Shown: piece after piece, positions 1-10,688 of the stretch
Layout: each line of letters starts with the position of its first letter
How positions within the stretch are numbered: position 1 is the stretch's first letter
Assembly: GCA_000830295.1 (NCBI GenBank)
Contig: CP010425.1
Coordinates: forward strand, 192,001-256,000
Source: an archaeon GW2011_AR15
GTDB taxonomy: Archaea; Nanobdellota; Nanobdellia; Woesearchaeales; GW2011-AR15
Length of the DNA stretch: 64,000 nt
Direction of reading: 5' to 3'
The notes under the pieces: generated by a model
Database searches by the model: none
Told to the model about the DNA's origin: nothing
The model's input: the letters and a program-made list of their open reading frames with translations, nothing else
Position numbers and translations under genes: made by a program

Positions 1-429
1 GACATCCGGGGCAGGTATGTCTTTCATAGGCCCTATCTCCCTGTAAATTGCCTTTATGAATGCCCTTGACAGTCTCTCAAGCTCTTTTTCAGAAAGCTCT
101 TTGGGGTTTACAGCAATCCCTCCCTTTGCCCCTCCATAGGGTATATCCACCACAGCACATTTAATAGCCATCCAGAAACCCAGGCTTTTGACTTCTCCTA
201 GGGTTACATTAGGATGGTATCTTATGCCTCCCTTTGTCGGCCCCCTTGCATCATTATATTGTACCCTATAGGACTGAAATGCCTTTGCCTTGCCGGAATC
301 CATTTCAATCTCGAGATTTTCTTCAATTATCCTCTTTGGTGTAAGAAGAAGCCTCATTTCTTTGTCTGAAAGTTTCATTATGCTGTTGATTTGAGAAAGC
401 TGTTTTTTTACATTGTCAAATACATCCAT
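1..429 (-). CDS. gdhA: Glu/Leu/Phe/Val dehydrogenase (glutamate dehydrogenase), N-terminal part; runs off window edge
   Basis: Manual translation MDVFDNVKKQ...YRVQYNDARGPTKGGIRYHP...KCAVVDIPYGGAKGGI...DIPAPDV; GGTGA SD upstream. Confidence 0.93.
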   Translation of the reverse strand, partial: MDVFDNVKKQLSQINSIMKLSDKEMRLLLTPKRIIEENLEIEMDSGKAKAFQSYRVQYNDARGPTKGGIRYHPNVTLGEVKSLGFWMAIKCAVVDIPYGGAKGGIAVNPKELSEKELERLSRAFIKAIYREIGPMKDIPAPDV

Positions 430-476
430 GCTATCACCATATATGAAGATTAAGTGCTGATTTATAAATTTTATAT

Positions 477-2219
477 CTAACTGATGAAGAAGTTCATCAG
501 TGTTATCATTATGGCAAGCACAGGTGCGCAGATCAGGGCAACTGATAGCCCTGTCTTTACCATCTCGCCCCTTTCAACTTTGCCTGTTCCGTAAATCAGC
601 GAGAAAGAAGGCATAGCTATAGGTGTAAGAGCTGCTGCTGCTGTAGCCATTGCTGCTGTCATTACAAGAAGCCTTTGGCTTATATCAAAGTGCTGCGATA
701 TCTCCATAAGCACAGGAACAAGTATGATTGTCGCTGAGGAGTTATTGACAAAATTAGCCAGCACCATGGCAATGATAACGATTACAAGTATCACAATAAA
801 AATTGGCATCCAGTATATTGAAGCAAAAAGCTTGTCTGCCAGCAGGGAGGCTGTACCTGTATCTATGAATACCTGCCCAAGCGTGAGCCCTCCTCCTACA
901 AGTAAAAATATTTCCCATGGAATCCTCCTGACATCATCCCATTCCAGCACCCTGAATGAGAACAGCAGTATAGCTGCAGAAAGTCCTATTATCTCTGTCC
1001 TGTAGAATGCAGGAGGTATATTAAAAAAACTGCTGATTTGCCCTCCGAAAAGCCAGAGGAATATTGTTGGAATAAATATCATCAAAAGCTTCCTTTGGTT
1101 GTATGTGAACCTCGTTTTCTGGGCTGCCTCTTTTATTATCCCTATATCAATTTTCTCATCATCGAGTCTGTATATCTTCAGCATGGTAAAATACAGTATG
1201 ATGAAAAGGACTACTGATATCGGAAAACCTATTACAAACCAGTCTAGAAAGTCAAATTGTGTTGAAGTTCTCAGGAAGGATGCTGTTATGGCATTGGCAT
1301 TACCCCCAAGTATGGATGCCAGGCCGCCTATGGATGATGCAAATCCTGCGCTCAGCAGAAACATTGAAGTATGGTCTTTCCCGCCGTTATGCCCGACTTC
1401 GCCTGATATTGTAAGTATAACCGGGATCAGCAGGGCTATTGTTGCTGTATTTGACATCCACATGCCAAAAATCGCTGTAACAAACATAAGGTAGAAGAGG
1501 AGCATCTTTAGTCTCCCTTTGGATAGAGAGAGCACCTTTACAGCTATAAGCTTGTCAAGCTCGCTCTTCCTGAATGCCTGGGCGATTATAAGGCCTGAAA
1601 GAAGCAGGTAAATCATGGGATTGGAGAAGCCTATGAAGGGGTTTTCACCTCCTGAAATCCCCAGCACAACAGAGAGCACAGGAATAAGGAGAGCAGTCAC
1701 TATCATGCTTATTGACTCCAGTGCCCAAAGCATTGAAATGCATATGAAAAGCGCCAATGCGTTTCTTATCTGCGGCTCAACATCTATCGGCATCTTGAGA
1801 ACAATTGCCATCAGGATAAAAGGGATAAATAATCTAATGTACTTCTTAAGTTTGTCCGGAAGCCAGCTGAAAAAGAAATCATGCGTGATCTTCTGCTCAA
1901 TGCCGACAAAATAATGGAATCCGTGGCCAAGCAAATCTCCAGTCTTTTTTACTGTCTTCGGCTGCTCGCTGGGCTTTACCAGTTTCCTTACTTCTATGCC
2001 TTTTGTTATATCATGCTCTACTTCATGGAGCTCCTTTATGTCCTGCGAATGCTTCTCTTCTTCCTGCAAAGGCTCTTTTTCCTTCGGCTTCTCTTTTGCG
2101 GTCTTATTCACAAGGTTCTCAGCAATAAAAGCATGCTCTTCCTCTTCAGAAGTCCCGGGAGTAATACCCTCTCTCTTTTTGTTATCAGCCTTTTGCTGCT
2201 TGCTTTTTTTAGAACCCAT
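477..2219 (-). CDS. SLC13/DASS family Na+:di/tricarboxylate or anion symporter with charged N-terminal extension
   Basis: Many TM helices; two SNT-like motifs (WMSNTATIALLIP, FVNNSSATIILVP); start placed at MGSKK. Confidence 0.88.
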   Translation of the reverse strand: MGSKKSKQQKADNKKREGITPGTSEEEEHAFIAENLVNKTAKEKPKEKEPLQEEEKHSQDIKELHEVEHDITKGIEVRKLVKPSEQPKTVKKTGDLLGHGFHYFVGIEQKITHDFFFSWLPDKLKKYIRLFIPFILMAIVLKMPIDVEPQIRNALALFICISMLWALESISMIVTALLIPVLSVVLGISGGENPFIGFSNPMIYLLLSGLIIAQAFRKSELDKLIAVKVLSLSKGRLKMLLFYLMFVTAIFGMWMSNTATIALLIPVILTISGEVGHNGGKDHTSMFLLSAGFASSIGGLASILGGNANAITASFLRTSTQFDFLDWFVIGFPISVVLFIILYFTMLKIYRLDDEKIDIGIIKEAAQKTRFTYNQRKLLMIFIPTIFLWLFGGQISSFFNIPPAFYRTEIIGLSAAILLFSFRVLEWDDVRRIPWEIFLLVGGGLTLGQVFIDTGTASLLADKLFASIYWMPIFIVILVIVIIAMVLANFVNNSSATIILVPVLMEISQHFDISQRLLVMTAAMATAAAALTPIAMPSFSLIYGTGKVERGEMVKTGLSVALICAPVLAIMITLMNFFIS

Positions 2220-2266
2220 AGGAGAATTATAACTCAGGCACACATATTTATATTTTTAGTTTGGGT

Positions 2267-3268
2267 TTACAGCATCCTGGTCAGGAGATCAACAATTCTG
2301 CTGCTATACCCCCATTCATTATCATACCATGCAATCACTTTCAGGAACCTGCTACCTATCATCATTGTTGAGCCGGCATCAAATACAGCAGAATATGAGC
2401 TACCTATTATGTCTGAGCTGACAAGCGGCTCTTCTGAATACTGGAGTATGCCTTTCAGCCTTGATGAAGCTGCGGCTTTCTTAAACAGCTTATTGACCTT
2501 CTCTGCTGTTGTCCCTTTTTTCAGCACACAGACAAAATCAGTTATAGAGCCGCAGGGCGTCGGGGCCCTTATAGCCATGCCGCTAAGCTTCCCTTTAAGC
2601 TCGGGTATGGTTTCAGTGACTGCTGTTGCCGCTCCTGTTGTTGTTGGTATCAGGTTTAGTGCAGCTGCCCTGCCCCTTCTCAGGTCCTTGTGAGGAAGGT
2701 CAAGAATCACCTGGTCATTTGTATAAGAGTGGACAGTAGTCATAAGCCCGTGCTCAATGCCGTAAGCATCGTTCAATACTTTGACCACCGGAGCAAGGCA
2801 GTTTGTTGTGCAGGATGCATTGCTTATTATATGATCTTTTTTCTTATTGTACATTTCTTCATTGACGCCAAGGACTATTGTCTTTATCCTGTCCTCGCCT
2901 TTGCACGGAGCGCTGAGTATAACTTTTTTTGCGCCTGCCTCAATATGCCTTGATGCTAACTCTTTTGTCCTGAAAAACCCTGTTGATTCTACAACGATAT
3001 CAACTTTCAGCTTCTTCCATGGCAGCTTCTGCGGCTCTTTCTCGCTTAACACAAGGATTTTCTTGCCATCTGCAATAAGATTGCTCTTGTCATGGCCTAC
3101 CTCTCCCTTATACCCGCCATGGACTGAGTCGTGCTTTAGGAGATATGCAAGGGTCTCAACATTTGTAAGGTCATTTACCGCAACAAAATTCAGCTTAGGG
3201 TTTTTCAGGCCTATTCTCAATACTTGCCTTCCTATCCTTCCAAACCCATTTATAGCTACGTTTACCAT
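2267..3268 (-). CDS. gap: Type I (bacterial-type) glyceraldehyde-3-phosphate dehydrogenase
   Basis: AINGFGRIGR, ISNASCTTNCLAP catalytic motif, WYDNEWGYS. Confidence 0.97.
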   Translation of the reverse strand: MVNVAINGFGRIGRQVLRIGLKNPKLNFVAVNDLTNVETLAYLLKHDSVHGGYKGEVGHDKSNLIADGKKILVLSEKEPQKLPWKKLKVDIVVESTGFFRTKELASRHIEAGAKKVILSAPCKGEDRIKTIVLGVNEEMYNKKKDHIISNASCTTNCLAPVVKVLNDAYGIEHGLMTTVHSYTNDQVILDLPHKDLRRGRAAALNLIPTTTGAATAVTETIPELKGKLSGMAIRAPTPCGSITDFVCVLKKGTTAEKVNKLFKKAAASSRLKGILQYSEEPLVSSDIIGSSYSAVFDAGSTMMIGSRFLKVIAWYDNEWGYSSRIVDLLTRML

Positions 3269-3311
3269 CTTCTGAATAGATATCTATCCTGAGCTTAATA
3301 AATTTTATGGC

Positions 3312-3857
3312 TCACATTATATAGAAGGCAACGAATACAATCAGGGCCAGTACTGTGTTAATAATCAGCCAGTGGTATTCCCTTATATACGTGAAAGGTT
3401 CTTTTTCAACATATTTGTATGGATACAGTTTCCTTACAACTTTCCAGTCCAGGTTGAGAAGGAACGGGTTTTCTATTACTTTTGGATAAAAGAGCATGAG
3501 GTATGGGTGTGACGGCAGATCCAGCAAGATATGGGAGGTGAATCCTATTATGCATGATAACACTATCTTCATCAAGCTAAATTCCAGGCCAAACGCGGGG
3601 TAGATAAAATATGAAAGCATAAGCAGAAGAGGAAACAGAACAAGGTATATGCCTATTAAGGAGTGGAAGAACCCTGTCTTGAAGGCATTTATTGTCAACT
3701 CCTCTTTTTTGGAGCGCTTGACAACATCTTTCCCCATGATGAAAAAATAGTCCAGGTCAGGCAGGACACAGGCTGCCAAAAGTGCAATGAAATCAAGATT
3801 ATTAGGGAATAAGAAGTAGATAAGAGAGAGTGCAATATGCGCGAATACTGTCCCCAT
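3312..3857 (-). CDS. Membrane-bound metal-dependent hydrolase (YdjM/DUF457-like)
   Basis: H near N-terminus, LPDLD, FFHSL, SHILLD motifs; hydrophobic. Confidence 0.75.
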   Translation of the reverse strand: MGTVFAHIALSLIYFLFPNNLDFIALLAACVLPDLDYFFIMGKDVVKRSKKEELTINAFKTGFFHSLIGIYLVLFPLLLMLSYFIYPAFGLEFSLMKIVLSCIIGFTSHILLDLPSHPYLMLFYPKVIENPFLLNLDWKVVRKLYPYKYVEKEPFTYIREYHWLIINTVLALIVFVAFYIM

Positions 3858-3860
3858 GTT

Positions 3861-4724
3861 CTAAATATGCTGCAGAGCTTCTATAAATGTTTTTCCAAAA
3901 TACCGGTCAATCAGTTCTTTTGTTATCCATATCCTTGGGGCATGGAAATTGTGCTCCAGCGGGAATTCCTTCACATTAGAAAACAGTCTCCTGTAGCCTC
4001 TCAGGGTCTTGTCATAGTTAATCTGAGGATCGTTTTTAGACATAATGAATATTGTTTCATAAGGATATCTTCTGGTTTTTTTGCCCAAATCATAATTCAG
4101 GGTGGTGTAAAGGCTGTACATTGTAGATGTAAAACAGAATGTCCTGAAATTTTTTACATACCTAACCATGTTTTCTCTATCCCTGAAATTCTCCCTTGGA
4201 GTTATCAGCCTCATATACCCCAGCAGAATCCTCTCGCTGTCAAAGATTTTATTACCTACCTTAGTGAGCCTTTTTGTTGATACAATCTTTATCAGCTTCC
4301 CTCCAACTTTGAGAAGCTTGGGGCTGAAATTTATGCAGCCGGAGCTATACCATGGAGCCATCAGAATAATTTTGTCAATTTTCTTCCTGTCAATCCTGGC
4401 CAGCAGGTTATATGCAATCGGCCCTCCCATGGATATGCCAAGGATGCTGAATTTCTCAAGTGCGAGCTTTTTTATCCAGGCAAATATGAATCTTGAATAA
4501 TCTTCAACTGTATAATTTTTTTTCAGGTGGTTCCTGTTCCCATATCCCGGCACATTCAGAAAATATACCCTAAATCTTTTTCCAAGGTATTTCATAAGCT
4601 CCTCGGATCTGTCAATGTCCATGCGCCATGCCGGCATCATAACAAGGTTCTTCCCTTTCCCGCATGCTGCATATTTTGTCTTTATACCATTTATCTCTAT
4701 ATTGAATACTTCTAGCCTTGGCAT
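3861..4724 (-). CDS. Alpha/beta fold hydrolase
   Basis: PGYG, GISMGG nucleophile elbow, late D and H. Confidence 0.85.
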   Translation of the reverse strand: MPRLEVFNIEINGIKTKYAACGKGKNLVMMPAWRMDIDRSEELMKYLGKRFRVYFLNVPGYGNRNHLKKNYTVEDYSRFIFAWIKKLALEKFSILGISMGGPIAYNLLARIDRKKIDKIILMAPWYSSGCINFSPKLLKVGGKLIKIVSTKRLTKVGNKIFDSERILLGYMRLITPRENFRDRENMVRYVKNFRTFCFTSTMYSLYTTLNYDLGKKTRRYPYETIFIMSKNDPQINYDKTLRGYRRLFSNVKEFPLEHNFHAPRIWITKELIDRYFGKTFIEALQHI

Positions 4725-4765
4725 TGGGTCTACAGAATGAAAACGGATTTAAAATAATTGCTATG

Positions 4766-5887
4766 CTAAGCTTTTCCTGCAGCCCAGATGAACATACCTG
4801 CAGACCATGCAAAGGGCTGCTCTGACTTGTATAGCAGTTTCTGCACGGGCTTCCCGTTTCTCTCATAGCATTCATACACCCCGTTGTATTTCAGTATCTG
4901 CTCTGACATAAGCTCAATCTGCTTCTTCGCTTCTTTCTTTTTTCCAAGCTTATTCAGGGCTGCAACATATGCTGCAGCGGGCTGCCACCAGAGCATGCTC
5001 TTGTTCTGATAGTTCCCCATCCCTATAAGGTGCTGAAGCAAATCTATCCTCCAGAACGGATATGCCGGAGAGTTGGTCTCAAGAGTAAATGCTATCTTTA
5101 CTCTATTGCATTCCTCTATTATGGCTTCTGACTCCTGTCTGCTTGTAAATCCCCATGTGACTGCCAGCAGATTCCCATATGGATAAAAATAATCCTGCCT
5201 CTTGTAATCATTCCAGTCAGCAAAATATTTTCCGTTCCATAGCCTCCCCCTTATTGCTTTCGCGACATCTTCCTGCTTCTTTACCAGGCTTGCTCCCTGC
5301 TCTCCTCTCTTCTTAAGCAGTTTGTTAAACTGGTCAAGGCTGTACCAATAGATTATATTGGAATACAGAAGGTTGCCGAACTTATCTGCGCTGTCATTCC
5401 ATTCAGCCATTATCCCATCCCACAGCAGGCCATATTTCTCCTTCTTCTCAAGATAGGTAAATGCCTTTTTTGTCTGCTGTATGCGTTCTTTGCTTATTTT
5501 GCGGCCCATGAGTCCGAGCTTTGAAAGAAAAATTACTGCAAGGGTTGTTCCGTCAAAAACTTCCTGGTAAATATTCCTAAGCTTATATGTTGGCCTTGGG
5601 TATTCATATCTTTTTCTTTCTTTTCCAAGGTATTGCCCTAATGTTATAGGTGCATTCATCAGCCTGTAAGGTATAAGGCCCCTGCTGTTCTGATGGGAAT
5701 AGAACAAATCAACCATTTTTTCAGCAATTTTATAGTCGCCAAGTGCCAAAGCACCAAAACATGCGAAAAAGCCGTCCCTCCCCCAGTAATCGCTGAAGTG
5801 ATGCCTGCCTGCAACTATGCCATGTGTGTCATAGCATCCTCTCAATTCTCTTTTTGCTATTGCGTACGCTTTCTTTATTTTGTCCAT
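4766..5887 (-). CDS. (alpha/alpha)6 glycoside hydrolase (neutral invertase GH100 / amylo-alpha-1,6-glucosidase-like)
   Basis: YWGRDGFF motif, C-terminal YECY...QPFAWSAG. Confidence 0.75.
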   Translation of the reverse strand: MDKIKKAYAIAKRELRGCYDTHGIVAGRHHFSDYWGRDGFFACFGALALGDYKIAEKMVDLFYSHQNSRGLIPYRLMNAPITLGQYLGKERKRYEYPRPTYKLRNIYQEVFDGTTLAVIFLSKLGLMGRKISKERIQQTKKAFTYLEKKEKYGLLWDGIMAEWNDSADKFGNLLYSNIIYWYSLDQFNKLLKKRGEQGASLVKKQEDVAKAIRGRLWNGKYFADWNDYKRQDYFYPYGNLLAVTWGFTSRQESEAIIEECNRVKIAFTLETNSPAYPFWRIDLLQHLIGMGNYQNKSMLWWQPAAAYVAALNKLGKKKEAKKQIELMSEQILKYNGVYECYERNGKPVQKLLYKSEQPFAWSAGMFIWAAGKA

Positions 5888-5922
5888 TCTCTGCAAGTTA
5901 AGTTAAAAAATTAAAAATATTT

Positions 5923-8316
5923 CTATTTCTTTTCAGTCTCTATAACATTAAGAAGTGTCCTGGTGACTGCATCAGGGGTCACAGACAGAGATTCTATCCC
6001 GGCTTTAACAAGGAACTCTGCATATTCTGGGATTGAGGAAGGCGCATCGCCGCAGAACCCCATGTGCTTCTTCTTTTTCTTGGCTGTCTTTATGACCTGC
6101 TCAATAAGCACCCTCACTGCTTTATTCCTCTCATCATAAATATGTGAGACAAGCTCGGAATCCCTGTCCAGGCCGAGTGTCAGCTGCGTGAGATCGTTGC
6201 TCCCTATTGAGAAGCCGTCAAATATATCCAGGAACTCTTCTGCAAGGATAACGTTGCTTGGGATCTCGCACATGACATAGACCTTCAGCTTGTTTTTTCC
6301 CTGCTTAAGTCCGTTCTTAGCCATTACATCAAGCACCTTTTTCCCTTCTTCAACAGTCCTGCAGAAAGGAATCATCACTATAACATTCGTGAGGCCCATC
6401 TCATTCCTTACTTTCTTTATTGCCTCGCACTCGAGCCCGAATGCTTCTTTATACTTTTCATCATAATACCTTGAGGCGCCCCTCCATCCTATCATGGGAT
6501 TGTCCTCAACAGGCTCAAACTCCTTCCCTCCTATGAGGTTGGCATACTCGTTGCTTTTGAAATCTGATAAACGCACGACAACATCTTCAGGATAAAACGC
6601 CGCTGCTATCTTTGCTATGCCGTATGACAGCTTGTCAACAAAGAAGTTTCCCTTATCCTTGTAGCCAAAGGTCAGCTTATTTATAATCTCTTTAACATGG
6701 CTGTTTGTTATTTTTTCATAATGGAGAAGCGCAAGAGGGTGTATCTTGATGTATGAATTTATTATGAATTCTTCTCTCGCAAGCCCCACTCCTCTGCATG
6801 GCAGGTGGCTCAACTGGAATGCCTCTTCCGGATTGCCGAGGTTCATCATTACTTTTGTTCTTGTTTTTGCAAGCTTCTTGACATCCTGCTTCACTACTTC
6901 AAATTTGAGGAATCCTTCATACACGTTTCCTTCGCTGCCGTCGCTGCAGTCAACAGTGATATCCTGGTTGTTCTTTATTTCATGGCTTCCTGTCAGGGTG
7001 CCGACAACACAAGGAATCCCGAGCTCTCTTGAGACAATTGCCGCATGGCATGTCCTTCCGCCTTTGTCTGTGACAATTGCTGCCGCGTGCTTCATTATAG
7101 GCTCCCAGTCAGGGTCTGTCATCTCTGTCACAAGCACTTCCCCTTTCCTGAACTGGTTTATGTCCCTGACATTCTTTATAACGTGCGCATGCCCCTGGCC
7201 TATTTTGTCTCCAACAGATCTTCCCGAAACAATTATCTTCCCTTTTTGCTTCAGGACATATTTCTCAATAACGTTATGCTGCTTCTGGCTCTGGACTGTC
7301 TCCGGCCTTGCCTGCACAATATAGAGCTTCCCTGATATCCCGTCCTTTGCCCATTCCATGTCCATGGGCTTGTAATGCCCTGCTTTTTTTGAATAGTGGT
7401 CCTCGATTATGCACGCCCATTCCGCCAGCTTCAGTATCTCTTTATCATCAAGAACAAACTTATGCTGCTCTTTTTCAGGGACAGGAATGTTTTTTACTGG
7501 TGTTTTTGAACCAGAGGTATATATCATCCTGACTTTCTTGGAGCCAAGCTCCTTGCTTATTAGAGGGTTTTTTGCCTTCTTCATCGTGGGCTTGAAAACA
7601 TAATATTCATCGGGGTTGACTGCTCCCTGAACGACATTTTCCCCGAGCCCGTATGCCCCTGTTATGAAAACAACCTCCTTGAATCCTGATTCTGTATCTA
7701 TTGAGAACATAACTCCGCTTGAGGCCTTGTCAGACCTCACCATCTTCTGGATTGCTACGCTCAGCCCGATTGAGAAATGGTCGAACCCCTTGTCTACCCT
7801 GTATGAAATTGCCCTGTCTGTGAACAGTGAGGCAAAGCATTTCATGCATGCCTCTATCAGGGATATCGGGCCCCTTATATTCAGAAAAGTCTCCTGCTGG
7901 CCTGCAAAGCTTGCATCCGGCAGGTCTTCTGCTGTTGCGCTGCTCCTCACAGCCACATCAACTGCCGGCGAGTTATATTCTTTGGATAGCTTTTTGTAGT
8001 TCTCAATAATCTCTTTCTGCAAATCAATAGGTATGTGGGCTTCCCTTATCAGCTTCCTCACCTTGCTTCCCCTTTCTGCAAGATTGACAACATCTTTTGT
8101 GTCAAGGTCTGAAAGAATCTCTTTTATCCTGTATCTTATGCCTGCCTTTTCAAGGATATGAAAATATGCTTCTGCTGTAACTGCAAACCCGTTCGGGATA
8201 TTGACGCCCTTTCCTGTAAGGTTCCTGTACATCTCCCCAAGCGATGCATTCTTCCCACCGACTTTAGGGACGTCTTTTATAGTAACCTCATCAAACCACA
8301 GAACATATCTGGCCAT
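5923..8316 (-). CDS. ppsA: Phosphoenolpyruvate synthase (pyruvate, water dikinase)
   Basis: VGGKNASLGEM, RSSATAEDLPDASFAGQ, GGRTCHAAIVSRELG phospho-His, FSIGSNDLTQ. Confidence 0.97.
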   Translation of the reverse strand: MARYVLWFDEVTIKDVPKVGGKNASLGEMYRNLTGKGVNIPNGFAVTAEAYFHILEKAGIRYRIKEILSDLDTKDVVNLAERGSKVRKLIREAHIPIDLQKEIIENYKKLSKEYNSPAVDVAVRSSATAEDLPDASFAGQQETFLNIRGPISLIEACMKCFASLFTDRAISYRVDKGFDHFSIGLSVAIQKMVRSDKASSGVMFSIDTESGFKEVVFITGAYGLGENVVQGAVNPDEYYVFKPTMKKAKNPLISKELGSKKVRMIYTSGSKTPVKNIPVPEKEQHKFVLDDKEILKLAEWACIIEDHYSKKAGHYKPMDMEWAKDGISGKLYIVQARPETVQSQKQHNVIEKYVLKQKGKIIVSGRSVGDKIGQGHAHVIKNVRDINQFRKGEVLVTEMTDPDWEPIMKHAAAIVTDKGGRTCHAAIVSRELGIPCVVGTLTGSHEIKNNQDITVDCSDGSEGNVYEGFLKFEVVKQDVKKLAKTRTKVMMNLGNPEEAFQLSHLPCRGVGLAREEFIINSYIKIHPLALLHYEKITNSHVKEIINKLTFGYKDKGNFFVDKLSYGIAKIAAAFYPEDVVVRLSDFKSNEYANLIGGKEFEPVEDNPMIGWRGASRYYDEKYKEAFGLECEAIKKVRNEMGLTNVIVMIPFCRTVEEGKKVLDVMAKNGLKQGKNKLKVYVMCEIPSNVILAEEFLDIFDGFSIGSNDLTQLTLGLDRDSELVSHIYDERNKAVRVLIEQVIKTAKKKKKHMGFCGDAPSSIPEYAEFLVKAGIESLSVTPDAVTRTLLNVIETEKK

Positions 8317-8407
8317 CAATACACCTCTTTATTAAAAATAGAAACAGTACGGTTTATAAATTTGTTGTTCAGATAATTTTAAATATAAACATCTATGACT
8401 TTGGAGG

Positions 8408-9304
8408 ATGGATATTGTCAATACAAATGAGAAGCTCATTACAGGAACTCTTGTAGATGCAAAAGATATTGAGGTATCAGCAAAAGGAGAACCGCATAAG
8501 CATAGGGAGTTTATGCATAAAGCAATCCTGGAATTATTTCCTGATTATATAACTGCATCTATGAACCTTAAAGATGAACCCTTTTCTGAGTTGGTATCCT
8601 GGAATTTTGAGTATACTCAGGAATTGGGGACAAACGAGCCTACATATCATGCACATCTGGCATTAAGAGATGAGACCGGAAAGAACGGGCCTGGGATCAT
8701 CTACGGAAATAAAACTATTGAGGATTTGGTAAGAAATATAAAAAAAGCTGAAATACGGTCAAGGCTATTCCCAGAATCAACAGGTGTCTCTGACTATGCA
8801 CTAAAACAGGCATACCTTTTCAGCAATGCAAAATTTGTCGAGAGGACGTTTGAGTTTATGGCACTGTTATTGATGGAAGAAAAGCCTGACATAGAAAAAT
8901 CATTGTCCGATATTGCCTATTCTGACCCTAACTCCGGCCCCTGGGATTTTGATACTGGCCGCGGCCTGATGCCTGTCCTTTACAACCCGACCACTGAAAG
9001 AATAGGGAAAGCCACTGAAGTATTTAAAGAAGTCAACCAGGAATTAAACAGGAAAAGGGATGAATTTCTGTATGCTGCATTGCCTTTTAATGTTGCTCTA
9101 TATTCTGTTGTTGTCCCGGTAGCATATGTAAATAATCACTATGGGAAGGAAGCGCATATGATACCAAATGAGGCCAGAATAAGCATATTGCCTCATTCAT
9201 TTGAAATAGCTAAAAGGGCTTTTAATGACTATCTTTCTCATGTAAACAGGGAACCATTCATAAAGATGAAGGAATATACTTCCCCTCTCTCTCCTAACTA
9301 CTAA
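8408..9304 (+). CDS. Hypothetical protein
   Basis: 298-aa ORF with TATA box and GGAGG upstream; no recognised motif. Confidence 0.7.
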   Translation: MDIVNTNEKLITGTLVDAKDIEVSAKGEPHKHREFMHKAILELFPDYITASMNLKDEPFSELVSWNFEYTQELGTNEPTYHAHLALRDETGKNGPGIIYGNKTIEDLVRNIKKAEIRSRLFPESTGVSDYALKQAYLFSNAKFVERTFEFMALLLMEEKPDIEKSLSDIAYSDPNSGPWDFDTGRGLMPVLYNPTTERIGKATEVFKEVNQELNRKRDEFLYAALPFNVALYSVVVPVAYVNNHYGKEAHMIPNEARISILPHSFEIAKRAFNDYLSHVNREPFIKMKEYTSPLSPNY

Positions 9305-9908
9305 TCCTCTGAAACCGCCAGCATCCGACTTCAATCCTGTGTATTTTTCTCGTATGGAATTCCTGAGTCTGCTTTAGCGGAAAATCAAACCTGAAAAAAT
9401 GGGTTATCCTGAATCCCTTGTCTCTGGAAAACTTCTCAACGAAATCTTTTGTCGAAATCTTGTGAAAGGAATAGACAACCTCCGCTATCTCAAATGCTTT
9501 TTCCAGAAATGCCTTATCTGCGTGTTCGCTTTTTACGCCAAAAGGCGGGTTTTGCAGAACAACATCAGCTTTCCCATGAAATCCTGAAATGTCATGATGA
9601 AGTATTTCATATCCGTCTTTAATCTCCATCAGGAGCAGGTTTTCTCTCAGCTGCTTCAGGGCTTTTTCATCAGCATCCACAAAAAAGACTTTTTCCGGAC
9701 TGAAAAAGAGTGCAGCAATTCCGAGAGTTCCAGTGCCGCAGCCCAGGTCAGCTATTGTCTTTCCTTCTATATCCCCGATATGGTATGCAAACCACACCAC
9801 TTCTGCAGCTATCTCCGAGTCTGTAGGGTATTGCTCAAGCCTCCATGACGGCTTCTGGAAGCTCTGCATCCTCGATAATGTAACTGCCAGCTCCTTCTTT
9901 GACTTCAT
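9294..9908 (-). CDS. METTL5-like RNA N6-adenine methyltransferase
   Basis: LEQYPT, DLGCGTG, NPPFG motifs. Confidence 0.88.
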   Translation of the reverse strand: MKSKKELAVTLSRMQSFQKPSWRLEQYPTDSEIAAEVVWFAYHIGDIEGKTIADLGCGTGTLGIAALFFSPEKVFFVDADEKALKQLRENLLLMEIKDGYEILHHDISGFHGKADVVLQNPPFGVKSEHADKAFLEKAFEIAEVVYSFHKISTKDFVEKFSRDKGFRITHFFRFDFPLKQTQEFHTRKIHRIEVGCWRFQRISS

Positions 9909-9975
9909 TATACCGCTGTCATAAAACGGCAATGTTTATAAATTTATGATATTATCCTGGCAGCAGGGTGATTTG

Positions 9976-10461
9976 GTGTCTGATAAAACAAAAGAAGACA
10001 GGCTGAAGGATGCCTTCAACAAGATAAAGGCTGAAATGACAGACCATCTCGAAGCCATAAACGAGAACACCAGTGAAATAAATTCTTCACTTGACTATAT
10101 AAAACAACTTGAGGCAATGATATCCAAGCTTGAAGAGCGGCTTGATGCTGCGGAGATGAAGCTCTCCAGGATGTCGGGAGAGAAGACCTTCACAAATGAG
10201 GAGTTCAGCACTGTGGTTCTCAACCCTAAAGAAAGGGAGATTTTCCTTATGCTCTATGAGAGCAAAGGGGACCTTCTTGACTATAAGAAAATAGCACGCC
10301 ATCTTGGACTTACTGAAGAAATTGTGAGAAGGCATACGGCCGGCATGATAGGGAAAGGCATTCCCATAATAAAGAAATACTTTGACAGCAAGGTCTATCT
10401 TGTCCTTGATGCTGATTTCAGGAATCTCCAGGCAAAAAGGAACGTGCTTAACCTGGGATAA
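9976..10461 (+). CDS. Coiled-coil plus C-terminal winged-HTH protein
   Basis: N-terminal heptads; LNPKEREIF...YKKIARHLGLTEEIVRRH HTH; GTG start after GGTGA SD (track start 9946). Confidence 0.7.
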   Translation: MSDKTKEDRLKDAFNKIKAEMTDHLEAINENTSEINSSLDYIKQLEAMISKLEERLDAAEMKLSRMSGEKTFTNEEFSTVVLNPKEREIFLMLYESKGDLLDYKKIARHLGLTEEIVRRHTAGMIGKGIPIIKKYFDSKVYLVLDADFRNLQAKRNVLNLG

Positions 10462-10484
10462 AAAATAAAAAAATATCTAATGAC

Positions 10485-10688
10485 TTATTTCTTTTTGGTT
10501 GCTGCATAGTAGACCATATACAGTGCTGACAGGCCGACTAAGATGTAAACTACCTGCTGCAATAGTGGGACTGATCCAAAAATTAGGGCAACAAGGTCAA
10601 GACCAAAAAGGCCAACTAATCCCCAATTAAGCCCGCCCACAACTACAAGCACAAAAGCAGTCCAGTCAAGTGCGCTTTTTTCTGCCAT
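10485..10688 (-). CDS. DUF378 small membrane protein
   Basis: LVVVGGLNWGLVGLFGLDLV...VYILVGLSALY; GGAGGTGA SD. Confidence 0.9.
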   Translation of the reverse strand: MAEKSALDWTAFVLVVVGGLNWGLVGLFGLDLVALIFGSVPLLQQVVYILVGLSALYMVYYAATKKK

